A DNA stretch of 64,000 bases from the human T2T-CHM13v2.0 reference genome, Homo sapiens: NCBI RefSeq assembly GCF_009914755.1, contig NC_060946.1; one strand, written 5' to 3'. Every line of letters begins with the position of its first letter. Within the stretch, counting starts at the first letter, position 1. The notes under the pieces are model-generated. The model saw nothing but the letters and a program-made list of their open reading frames with translations, was not told where the DNA came from and ran no database searches. Positions 51,670 to 64,000 of this stretch are shown piece after piece. A program made the position numbers and the translations under genes.

Positions 51670-54600
51670 AACAAAAAGAGTGTTTCAAAACTGCTCTGTA
51701 AAAGGAAAGGTTCAACTCTGTTAGTTGAGTACACACATCACAAACAAGTTTCACAGAATGCTTCTTTCTAGCTTGTAGGGGAAGATATTCCCTTTATCAC
51801 CATGGTCCTCAAACCGTCCGAAACGTCCACTTCCATATACTACAAAAAGAGCGTTTCAAACCTGCTCTAGGAAAGGCAATGTTCAACTCTGTGACTTGAA
51901 TGCAGACATCACAGAACAGTTTCTGAGAATGCTTCTGTCTAGATTTTATAGGAAGATATTCCCGTTTCCAACGAAATCTTCACAGCTATCCAAATATCCA
52001 CTTGCAGATTCTACAAAAAGAGTGTATCAAAACTGCTCTGTCAAAAGGAAGGTTCTTCTCTGTTAGGTGAGTGCATACGTCATAAAGGAGTTTCTGAGAA
52101 TGTTTCTGTCTAGTGGTTATGGGAAGATATTTGCTTTTTCACCGTAGGCCTCAGAGCGCTCCAAATATCCACTTGCACATACTACAAAAAGAGTGCCTCA
52201 AAGCTGCTCTCTGAAACGGAATGTTCAACTCTATGAGTTGAATGCAAACATCACAAAGACGTTTCTGAGAATGCTTCTGTCTAGATTTGATATGAAGATA
52301 TTCCCGTTTCCAACGAAATCTTCAAATCTATCCAAATGTCCACTTGCAGATTCAACAAAAAGTGTTTTTCAGAACTGCTCTATCAAAAGAAAGATCCACC
52401 TCTGTTAGCTGAGTTCACACATCACAAACAAGTTTATGAGAATGCTTCTGTCTAGTTTTTATTTGAAGATATTTCCTTTCTCACCATAGACCTGAAAGCT
52501 GTCCTAATGTTCACTTCCAGATACTACAGAAAGAGTGTTTCAAAACTGCTGTACGAAAGGGAATGTTCAACTCTGTGACTTGAATGCACACATCACAAAG
52601 AAGTTTCTGAGGATGCTGCTGTCTACTTTTTATACGTAATCCCGTTTCCAACGAAATCCTCCAAGCTATCCAAATATCCACTTGCAGATTCCACAGAAAG
52701 ACTGTTTCAAAACTGCTCTGTCAATAGAAAGGTTCAACTCTGTTAGCTGCGTGCATATATCCCAAAGAAGATTCTGAGATTGCTTCTGTCTAGTTTTTAT
52801 GGGAAGATATTTCCCTTTTCACCGTAGGCGTCAAGGCGCTCCAAATGTCCACTTCCAGATACTACAAAAAGAGTGTTTCAAACCTACTCTGTGAAAGCGA
52901 ATATTCAACTCTGTGACTTGAATGCACATATCACAAAGAAGTTTCTGAGAATGCTTCTGTCGAGATTTTATATGAAGATATTCCCGTTTCCAACGAAATC
53001 CTGAAATCTATCCAAATATCCCCTCGCAGATTCTACAAAAAGAGTGTTTCAAAACTGCTCTGTAAAAAGAAAGGTTCAACTCTGTTAGTTGAGTACACAC
53101 ATCACAAACAAGTTTCACAGAATGCTTCTTTCTAGCTTGTAGGGGAAGATATTCCCTTTATCACCATGGGCCTCCAACCGTCCGAAACGTCCACTTCCAT
53201 ATACTACCAAAAGAGCGTTTCAAACCTGCTCTAGGAAAGGCAATGTTCAACTCTGTGACTTGAATGCAGACATCACAGAGCAGTTTCTGAGAATGCTTCT
53301 GTCTAGATTTTATAGGAAGATATTCCCGTTTCCAACGAAATCTTCACAGCTATCCAAATATCCACTTGCAGATTCTACAAAAAGAGTGTATCAAAACTGC
53401 TCTGTCAAAAGGAAGGTTCTTCTCTGTTAGGTGAGTGCATACGTCATAAAGGAGTTTCTGAGAATGTTTCTGTCTAGTGGTTATGGGAAGATATTTGCTT
53501 TTTCACCGTAGGCCTCAGAGCGCTCCAAATATCCACTTGCACATACTACAAAAAGAGTGCCTCAAAGCTGCTCTCTGAAACGGAATGTTCAACTCTATGA
53601 GTTGAATGCAAACATCACAAAGACGTTTCTGAGAATGCTTCTGTCTAGATTTGATATGAAGATATTCCCGTTTCCAACGAAATCTTCAAATCTATCCAAA
53701 TGTCCACTTGCAGATTCAACAAAAAGTGTTTTTCAGAACTGCTCTATCAAAAGAAAGATCCACCTCTGTTAGCTGAGTTCACACATCACAAACAAGTTTA
53801 TGAGAATGCTTCTGTCTAGTTTTTATTTGAAGATATTTCCTTTCTCACCATAGACCTGAAAGCTGTCCTAATGTTCACTTCCAGATACTACAGAAAGAGT
53901 GTTTCAAAACTGCTGTACGAAAGGGAATGTTCAACTCTGTGACTTGAATGCACACATCACAAAGAAGTTTCTGAGGATGCTGCTGTCTACTTTTTATACG
54001 TAATCCCGTTTCCAACGAAATCCTCCAAGCTATCCAAATATCCACTTGCAGATTCCACAGAAAGACTGTTTCAAAACTGCTCTGTCAATAGAAAGGTTCA
54101 ACTCTGTTAGCTGCGTGCATATATCCCAAAGAAGATTCTGAGATTGCTTCTGTCTAGTTTTTATGGGAAGATATTTCCCTTTTCACCGTAGGCGTCAAGG
54201 CGCTCCAAATGTCCACTTCCAGATACTACAAAAAGAGTGTTTCAAACCTACTCTGTGAAAGGGAATATTCAACTCTGTGACTTGAATGCACATATCACAA
54301 AGAAGTTTCTGAGAATGCTTCTGTCGAGATTTTATATGAAGATATTCCCGTTTCCAACGAAATCCTGAAATCTATCCAAATATCCCCTCGCAGATTCAAC
54401 AAAAAGAGTGTTTCAAAACTGCTCTGTAAAAGGAAAGGTTCAACTCTGTTAGTTGAGTACACACATCACAAACAAGTTTCACAGAATGCTTCTTTCTAGC
54501 TTGTAGGGGAAGATATTCCCTTTATCACCATGGTCCTCAAACCGTCCGAAACGTCCACTTCCATATACTACAAAAAGAGCGTTTCAAACCTGCTCTAGGA

Positions 54601-57600
54601 AAGGCAATGTTCAACTCTGTGACTTGAATGCAGACATCACAGAACAGTTTCTGAGAATGCTTCTGTCTAGATTTTATAGGAAGATATTCCCGTTTCCAAC
54701 GAAATCTTCACAGCTATCCAAATATCCACTTGCAGATTCTACAAAAAGAGTGTATCAAAACTGCTCTGTCAAAAGGAAGGTTCTTCTCTGTTAGGTGAGT
54801 GCATACGTCATAAAGGAGTTTCTGAGAATGTTTCTGTCTAGTGGTTATGGGAAGATATTTGCTTTTTCACCGTAGGCCTCAGAGCGCTCCAAATATCCAC
54901 TTGCACATACTACAAAAAGAGTGCCTCAAAGCTGCTCTCTGAAACGGAATGTTCAACTCTATGAGTTGAATGCAAACATCACAAAGACGTTTCTGAGAAT
55001 GCTTCTGTCTAGATTTGATATGAAGATATTCCCGTTTCCAACGAAATCTTCAAATCTATCCAAATGTCCACTTGCAGATTCAACAAAAAGTGTTTTTCAG
55101 AACTGCTCTATCAAAAGAAAGATCCACCTCTGTTAGCTGAGTTCACACATCACAAACAAGTTTATGAGAATGCTTCTGTCTAGTTTTTATTTGAAGATAT
55201 TTCCTTTCTCACCATAGACCTGAAAGCTGTCCTAATGTTCACTTCCAGATACTACAGAAAGAGTGTTTCAAAACTGCTGTACGAAAGGGAATGTTCAACT
55301 CTGTGACTTGAATGCACACATCACAAAGAAGTTTCTGAGGATGCTGCTGTCTACTTTTTATACGTAATCCCGTTTCCAACGAAATCCTCCAAGCTATCCA
55401 AATATCCACTTGCAGATTCCACAGAAAGACTGTTTCAAAACTGCTCTGTCAATAGAAAGGTTCAACTCTGTTAGCTGCGTGCATATATCCCAAAGAAGAT
55501 TCTGAGATTGCTTCTGTCTAGTTTTTATGGGAAGATATTTCCCTTTTCACCGTAGGCGTCAAGGCGCTCCAAATGTCCACTTCCAGATACTACAAAAAGA
55601 GTGTTTCAAACCTACTCTGTGAAAGGGAATATTCAACTCTGTGACTTGAATGCACATATCACAAAGAAGTTTCTGAGAATGCTTCTGTCGAGATTTTATA
55701 TGAAGATATTCCCGTTTCCAACGAAATCCTGAAATCTATCCAAATATCCCCTCGCAGATTCAACAAAAAGAGTGTTTCAAAACTGCTCTGTAAAAGGAAA
55801 GGTTCAACTCTGTTAGTTGAGTACACACATCACAAACAAGTTTCACAGAATGCTTCTTTCTAGCTTGTAGGGGAAGATATTCCCTTTATCACCATGGTCC
55901 TCAAACCGTCCGAAACGTCCACTTCCATATACTACAAAAAGAGCGTTTCAAACCTGCTCTAGGAAAGGCAATGTTCAACTCTGTGACTTGAATGCAGACA
56001 TCACAGAACAGTTTCTGAGAATGCTTCTGTCTAGATTTTATAGGAAGATATTCCCGTTTCCAACGAAATCTTCACAGCTATCCAAATATCCACTTGCAGA
56101 TTCTACAAAAAGAGTGTATCAAAACTGCTCTGTCAAAAGGAAGGTTCTTCTCTGTTAGGTGAGTGCATACGTCATAAAGGAGTTTCTGAGAATGTTTCTG
56201 TCTAGTGGTTATGGGAAGATATTTGCTTTTTCACCGTAGGCCTCAGAGCGCTCCAAATATCCACTTGCACATACTACAAAAAGAGTGCCTCAAAGCTGCT
56301 CTCTGAAACGGAATGTTCAACTCTATGAGTTGAATGCAAACATCACAAAGACGTTTCTGAGAATGCTTCTGTCTAGATTTGATATGAAGATATTCCCGTT
56401 TCCAACGAAATCTTCAAATCTATCCAAATGTCCACTTGCAGATTCAACAAAAAGTGTTTTTCAGAACTGCTCTATCAAAAGAAAGATCCACCTCTGTTAG
56501 CTGAGTTCACACATCACAAACAAGTTTATGAGAATGCTTCTGTCTAGTTTTTATTTGAAGATATTTCCTTTCTCACCATAGACCTGAAAGCTGTCCTAAT
56601 GTTCACTTCCAGATACTACAGAAAGAGTGTTTCAAAACTGCTGTACGAAAGGGAATGTTCAACTCTGTGACTTGAATGCACACATCACAAAGAAGTTTCT
56701 GAGGATGCTGCTGTCTACTTTTTATACGTAATCCCGTTTCCAACGAAATCCTCCAAGCTATCCAAATATCCACTTGCAGATTCCACAGAAAGACTGTTTC
56801 AAAACTGCTCTGTCAATAGAAAGGTTCAACTCTGTTAGCTGCGTGCATATATCCCAAAGAAGATTCTGAGATTGCTTCTGTCTAGTTTTTATGGGAAGAT
56901 ATTTCCCTTTTCACCGTAGGCGTCAAGGCGCTCCAAATGTCCACTTCCAGATACTACAAAAAGAGTGTTTCAAACCTACTCTGTGAAAGCGAATATTCAA
57001 CTCTGTGACTTGAATGCACATATCACAAAGAAGTTTCTGAGAATGCTTCTGTCGAGATTTTATATGAAGATATTCCCGTTTCCAACGAAATCCTGAAATC
57101 TATCCAAATATCCCCTCGCAGATTCTACAAAAAGAGTGTTTCAAAACTGCTCTGTAAAAAGAAAGGTTCAACTCTGTTAGTTGAGTACACACATCACAAA
57201 CAAGTTTCACAGAATGCTTCTTTCTAGCTTGTAGGGGAAGATATTCCCTTTATCACCATGGGCCTCCAACCGTCCGAAACGTCCACTTCCATATACTACC
57301 AAAAGAGCGTTTCAAACCTGCTCTAGGAAAGGCAATGTTCAACTCTGTGACTTGAATGCAGACATCACAGAGCAGTTTCTGAGAATGCTTCTGTCTAGAT
57401 TTTATAGGAAGATATTCCCGTTTCCAACGAAATCTTCACAGCTATCCAAATATCCACTTGCAGATTCTACAAAAAGAGTGTATCAAAACTGCTCTGTCAA
57501 AAGGAAGGTTCTTCTCTGTTAGGTGAGTGCATACGTCATAAAGGAGTTTCTGAGAATGTTTCTGTCTAGTGGTTATGGGAAGATATTTGCTTTTTCACCG

Positions 57601-60600
57601 TAGGCCTCAGAGCGCTCCAAATATCCACTTGCACATACTACAAAAAGAGTGCCTCAAAGCTGCTCTCTGAAACGGAATGTTCAACTCTATGAGTTGAATG
57701 CAAACATCACAAAGACGTTTCTGAGAATGCTTCTGTCTAGATTTGATATGAAGATATTCCCGTTTCCAACGAAATCTTCAAATCTATCCAAATGTCCACT
57801 TGCAGATTCAACAAAAAGTGTTTTTCAGAACTGCTCTATCAAAAGAAAGATCCACCTCTGTTAGCTGAGTTCACACATCACAAACAAGTTTATGAGAATG
57901 CTTCTGTCTAGTTTTTATTTGAAGATATTTCCTTTCTCACCGTAGACCTGAAAGCTGTCCTAATGTTCACTTCCAGATACTACAGAAAGAGTGTTTCAAA
58001 ACTGCTGTACGAAAGGGAATGTTCAACTCTGTGACTTGAATGCACACATCACAAAGAAGTTTCTGAGGATGCTGCTGTCTACTTTTTATACGTAATCCCG
58101 TTTCCAACGAAGTCCTCCAAGCTATCCAAATATCCACTTGCAGATTCCACAGAAAGACTGTTTCAAAACTGCTCTGTCAATAGAAAGGTTCAACTCTGTT
58201 AGCTGCGTGCATATATCCCAAAGAAGATTCTGAGATTGCTTCTGTCTAGTTTTTATGGGAAGATATTTCCCTTTTCACCGTAGGCGTCAAGGCGCTCCAA
58301 ATGTCCACTTCCAGATACTACAAAAAGAGTGTTTCAAACCTACTCTGTGAAAGGGAATATTCAACTCTGTGACTTGAATGCACATATCACAAAGAAGTTT
58401 CTGAGAATGCTTCTGTCGAGATTTTATATGAAGATGTTCCCGTTTCCAACGAAATCCTGAAATCTATCCAAATATCCCCTCGCAGATTCTACAAAAAGAG
58501 TGTTTCAAAACTGCTCTGTAAAAAGAAAGGTTCAACTCTGTTAGTTGAGTACACACATCACAAACAAGTTTCACAGAATGCTTCTTTCTAGCTTGTAGGG
58601 GAAGATATTCCCTTTATCACCATGGTCCTCAAACCGTCCGAAACGTCCACTTCCATATACTACAAAAAGAGCGTTTCAAACCTGCTCTAGGAAAGGCAAT
58701 GTTCAACTCTGTGACTTGAATGCAGACATCACAGAACAGTTTCTGAGAATGCTTCTGTCTAGATTTTATAGGAAGATATTCCCGTTTCCAACGAAATCTT
58801 CACAGCTATCCAAATATCCACTTGCAGATTCTACAAAAAGAGTGTATCAAAACTGCTCTGTCAAAAGGAAGGTTCTTCTCTGTTAGGTGAGTGCATACGT
58901 CATAAAGGAGTTTCTGAGAATGTTTCTGTCTAGTGGTTATGGGAAGATATTTGCTTTTTCACCGTAGGCCTCAGAGCGCTCCAAATATCCACTTGCACAT
59001 ACTACAAAAAGAGTGCCTCAAAGCTGCTCTCTGAAACGGAATGTTCAACTCTATGAGTTGAATGCAAACATCACAAAGACGTTTCTGAGAATGCTTCTGT
59101 CTAGATTTGATATGAAGATATTCCCGTTTCCAACGAAATCTTCAAATCTATCCAAATGTCCACTTGCAGATTCAACAAAAAGTGTTTTTCAGAACTGCTC
59201 TATCAAAAGAAAGATCCACCTCTGTTAGCTGAGTTCACACATCACAAACAAGTTTATGAGAATGCTTCTGTCTAGTTTTTATTTGAAGATATTTCCTTTC
59301 TCACCATAGACCTGAAAGCTGTCCTAATGTTCACTTCCAGATACTACAGAAAGAGTGTTTCAAAACTGCTGTACGAAAGGGAATGTTCAACTCTGTGACT
59401 TGAATGCACACATCACAAAGAAGTTTCTGAGGATGCTGCTGTCTACTTTTTATACGTAATCCCGTTTCCAACGAAATCCTCCAAGCTATCCAAATATCCA
59501 CTTGCAGATTCCACAGAAAGACTGTTTCAAAACTGCTCTGTCAATAGAAAGGTTCAACTCTGTTAGCTGCGTGCATATATCCCAAAGAAGATTCTGAGAT
59601 TGCTTCTGTCTAGTTTTTATGGGAAGATATTTCCCTTTTCACCGTAGGCGTCAAGGCGCTCCAAATGTCCACTTCCAGATACTACAAAAAGAGTGTTTCA
59701 AACCTACTCTGTGAAAGCGAATATTCAACTCTGTGACTTGAATGCACATATCACAAAGAAGTTTCTGAGAATGCTTCTGTCGAGATTTTATATGAAGATA
59801 TTCCCGTTTCCAACGAAATCCTGAAATCTATCCAAATATCCCCTCGCAGATTCTACAAAAAGAGTGTTTCAAAACTGCTCTGTAAAAAGAAAGGTTCAAC
59901 TCTGTTAGTTGAGTACACACATCACAAACAAGTTTCACAGAATGCTTCTTTCTAGCTTGTAGGGGAAGATATTCCCTTTATCACCATGGGCCTCCAACCG
60001 TCCGAAACGTCCACTTCCATATACTACCAAAAGAGCGTTTCAAACCTGCTCTAGGAAAGGCAATGTTCAACTCTGTGACTTGAATGCAGACATCACAGAG
60101 CAGTTTCTGAGAATGCTTCTGTCTAGATTTTATAGGAAGATATTCCCGTTTCCAACGAAATCTTCACAGCTATCCAAATATCCACTTGCAGATTCTACAA
60201 AAAGAGTGTATCAAAACTGCTCTGTCAAAAGGAAGGTTCTTCTCTGTTAGGTGAGTGCATACGTCATAAAGGAGTTTCTGAGAATGTTTCTGTCTAGTGG
60301 TTATGGGAAGATATTTGCTTTTTCACCGTAGGCCTCAGAGCGCTCCAAATATCCACTTGCACATACTACAAAAAGAGTGCCTCAAAGCTGCTCTCTGAAA
60401 CGGAATGTTCAACTCTATGAGTTGAATGCAAACATCACAAAGACGTTTCTGAGAATGCTTCTGTCTAGATTTGATATGAAGATATTCCCGTTTCCAACGA
60501 AATCTTCAAATCTATCCAAATGTCCACTTGCAGATTCAACAAAAAGTGTTTTTCAGAACTGCTCTATCAAAAGAAAGATCCACCTCTGTTAGCTGAGTTC

Positions 60601-63600
60601 ACACATCACAAACAAGTTTATGAGAATGCTTCTGTCTAGTTTTTATTTGAAGATATTTCCTTTCTCACCATAGACCTGAAAGCTGTCCTAATGTTCACTT
60701 CCAGATACTACAGAAAGAGTGTTTCAAAACTGCTGTACGAAAGGGAATGTTCAACTCTGTGACTTGAATGCACACATCACAAAGAAGTTTCTGAGGATGC
60801 TGCTGTCTACTTTTTATACGTAATCCCGTTTCCAACGAAATCCTCCAAGCTATCCAAATATCCACTTGCAGATTCCACAGAAAGACTGTTTCAAAACTGC
60901 TCTGTCAATAGAAAGGTTCAACTCTGTTAGCTGCGTGCATATATCCCAAAGAAGATTCTGAGATTGCTTCTGTCTAGTTTTTATGGGAAGATATTTCCCT
61001 TTTCACCGTAGGCGTCAAGGCGCTCCAAATGTCCACTTCCAGATACTACAAAAAGAGTGTTTCAAACCTACTCTGTGAAAGGGAATATTCAACTCTGTGA
61101 CTTGAATGCACATATCACAAAGAAGTTTCTGAGAATGCTTCTGTCGAGATTTTATATGAAGATATTCCCGTTTCCAACGAAATCCTGAAATCTATCCAAA
61201 TATCCCCTCGCAGATTCTACAAAAAGAGTGTTTCAAAACTGCTCTGTAAAAAGAAAGGTTCAACTCTGTTAGTTGAGTACACACATCACAAACAAGTTTC
61301 ACAGAATGCTTCTTTCTAGCTTGTAGGGGAAGATATTCCCTTTATCACCATGGGCCTCCAACCGTCCGAAACGTCCACTTCCATATACTACAAAAAGAGC
61401 GTTTCAAACCTGCTCTATGAAAGGCAATGTTCAACTCTGTGACTTGAATGCAGACATCACAGAGCAGTTTCTGAGAATGCTTCTGTCTAGATTTTATAGG
61501 AAGATATTCCCGTTTCCAACGAAATCTTCACAGCTATCCAAATATCCACTTGCAGATTCTACAAAAAGAGTGTATCAAAACTGCTCTGTCAAAAGGAAGG
61601 TTCTTCTCTGTTAGGTGAGTGCATACGTCATAAAGGAGTTTCTGAGAATGTTTCTGTCTAGTGGTTATGGGAAGATATTTGCTTTTTCACCGTAGGCCTC
61701 AGAGCGCTCCAAATATCCACTTGCACATACTACAAAAAGAGTGCCTCAAAGCTGCTCTTTGAAACGGAATGTTCAACTCTATGAGTTGAATGCAAACATC
61801 ACAAAGACGTTTCTGAGAATGCTTCTGTCTAGATTTGATATGAAGATATTCCCGTTTCCAACGAAATCTTCAAATCTATCCAAATGTCCACTTGCAGATT
61901 CAACAAAAAGTGTTTTTCAGAACTGCTCTATCAAAAGAAAGATCCACATCTGTTAGCTGAGTTCACACATCACAAACAAGTTTATGAGAATGCTTCTGTC
62001 TAGTTTTTATTTGAAGATATTTCCTTTCTCACCATAGACCTGAAAGCTGTCCTAATGTTCACTTCCAGATACTACAGAAAGAGTGTTTCAAAACTGCTGT
62101 ATGAAAGGGAATGTTCAACTCTGTGACTTGAATGCACACATCACAAAGAAGTTTCTGAGGATGCTGCTGTCTACTTTTTATATGTAATCCCGTTTCCAAC
62201 GAAATCCTCCAAGCTATCCAAATATCCACTTGCAGATTCCACAGAAAGACTGTTTCAAAACTGCTCTGTCAATAGAAAGGTTCAACTCTGTTAGCTGCGT
62301 GCATATATCCCAAAGAAGATTCTGAGATTGCTTCTGTCTAGTTTTTATGGGAAGATATTTCCCTTTTCACCGTAGGCGTCAAGGCGCTCCAAATGTCCAC
62401 TTCCAGATACTACAAAAAGAGTGTTTCAAACCTACTCTGTGAAAGGGAATATTCAACTCTGTGACTTGAATGCACATATCACAAAGAAGTTTCTGAGAAT
62501 GCTTCTGTCGAGATTTTATATGAAGATATTCCCGTTTCCAACGAAATCCTGAAATCTATCCAAATATCCCCTCGCAGATTCTACAAAAAGAGTGTTTCAA
62601 AACTGCTCTGTAAAAAGAAAGGTTCAACTCTGTTAGTTGAGTACACACATCACAAACAAGTTTCACAGAATGCTTCTTTCTAGCTTGTAGGGGAAGATAT
62701 TCCCTTTATCACCATGGGCCTCCAACCGTCCGAAACGTCCACTTCCATATACTACAAAAAGAGCGTTTCAAACCTGCTCTAGGAAAGGCAATGTTCAACT
62801 CTGTGACTTGAATGCAGACATCACAGAGCAGTTTCTGAGAATGCTTCTGTCTAGATTTTATAGGAAGATATTCCCGTTTCCAACGAAATCTTCACAGCTA
62901 TCCAAATATCCACTTGCAGATTCTACAAAAAGAGTGTATCAAAACTGCTCTGTCAAAAGGAAGGTTCTTCTCTGTTAGGTGAGTGCATACGTCATAAAGG
63001 AGTTTCTGAGAATGTTTCTGTCTAGTGGTTATGGGAAGATATTTGCTTTTTCACCGTAGGCCTCAGAGCGCTCCAAATATCCACTTGCACATACTACAAA
63101 AAGAGTGCCTCAAAGCTGCTCTCTGAAACGGAATGTTCAACTCTATGAGTTGAATGCAAACATCACAAAGACGTTTCTGAGAATGCTTCTGTCTAGATTT
63201 GATATGAAGATATTCCCGTTTCCAACGAAATCTTCAAATCTATCCAAATGTCCACTTGCAGATTCAACAAAAAGTGTTTTTCAGAACTGCTCTATCAAAA
63301 GAAAGATCCACCTCTGTTAGCTGAGTTCACACATCACAAACAAGTTTATGAGAATGCTTCTGTCTAGTTTTTATTTGAAGATATTTCCTTTCTCACCATA
63401 GACCTGAAAGCTGTCCTAATGTTCACTTCCAGATACTACAGAAAGAGTGTTTCAAAACTGCTGTACGAAAGGGAATGTTCAACTCTGTGACTTGAATGCA
63501 CACATCACAAAGAAGTTTCTGAGGATGCTGCTGTCTACTTTTTATACGTAATCCCGTTTCCAACGAAATCCTCCAAGCTATCCAAATATCCACTTGCAGA

Positions 63601-64000
63601 TTCCACAGAAAGACTGTTTCAAAACTGCTCTGTCAATAGAAAGGTTCAACTCTGTTAGCTGCGTGCATATATCCCAAAGAAGATTCTGAGATTGCTTCTG
63701 TCTAGTTTTTATGGGAAGATATTTCCCTTTTCACCGTAGGCGTCAAGGCGCTCCAAATGTCCACTTCCAGATACTACAAAAAGAGTGTTTCAAACCTACT
63801 CTGTGAAAGGGAATATTCAACTCTGTGACTTGAATGCACATATCACAAAGAAGTTTCTGAGAATGCTTCTGTCGAGATTTTATATGAAGATATTCCCGTT
63901 TCCAACGAAATCCTGAAATCTATCCAAATATCCCCTCGCAGATTCTACAAAAAGAGTGTTTCAAAACTGCTCTGTAAAAAGAAAGGTTCAACTCTGTTAG

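Larger units (their letters stand above)
1..64000 (-). repeat. Alpha satellite higher-order repeat array, 1364-bp 8-mer, ~46.9 tandem copies (homogeneous, active-type centromeric array)
   Basis: ~171-bp monomers with alphoid hallmarks (TTCAACTCTGTGA, GTTTCTGAGAATGCTTCTGTCTAG, CCACTTGCAGA). Exact 1364-bp period: the same ORF starts at 361, 1725 ... 63105 (=361+46x1364). Copies differ by only a few SNVs. CENP-B boxes read TTTCGTTGGAAACGGGA on the minus strand throughout. Confidence 0.99.

Noticed and set aside
12313-61614. 65-aa ORF (MKGNVQLCDL...) in 9 HORs
   Set aside because: Appears only where SNV G38T creates an ATG. It is homologous to the 71-aa frame because both translate the same monomer type; useful as an SNV marker, not a gene.
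361-63320. Repeated 71-aa ORF (MPQSCSLKRN...)
   Set aside because: GTG-started chance frame across alphoid monomers, repeated only because the HOR repeats. It is interrupted by a TAA variant in 10 copies and has no recognisable domain or gene context.
1-64000. Assigning the window specifically to chr14 or chr22, or claiming a novel biological system
   Set aside because: The two chromosomes share this HOR family and cannot be separated without alignment. Everything seen is explained by known alpha-satellite structure and turnover.

Overview
The whole 64 kb is primate (almost certainly human) centromeric alpha satellite: one uninterrupted, single-orientation array of a 1364-bp 8-monomer higher-order repeat (HOR; 7x171 bp + 1x167 bp), about 46.9 copies, with no indels, inversions or insertions visible. 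Monomers alternate between CENP-B-box (B-type) and pJalpha-box (A-type), a dimeric layout. The 8-mer size and recalled sequence fit the SF2 chr14/chr22 active HOR (D14Z9/D22Z1, S2C14/22H1L), but this was not verified by search. No gene is supported; all ORFs are repeat artefacts. I found no new biological system. The informative signal is in the single-base variants between HOR copies. They show multi-HOR block duplications (offsets of 11, 25 and 26 HORs), 1- and 2-HOR tandem duplications, a recurring 4-HOR/2-HOR super-period, mosaic HORs with mappable crossover intervals, and 6 of 188 CENP-B boxes disrupted, all at CpGs. Convention: HOR k (k=0..46) starts at 1+1364k; 'offset' is the position within that unit. 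All variant calls were read by eye and need confirmation by alignment.
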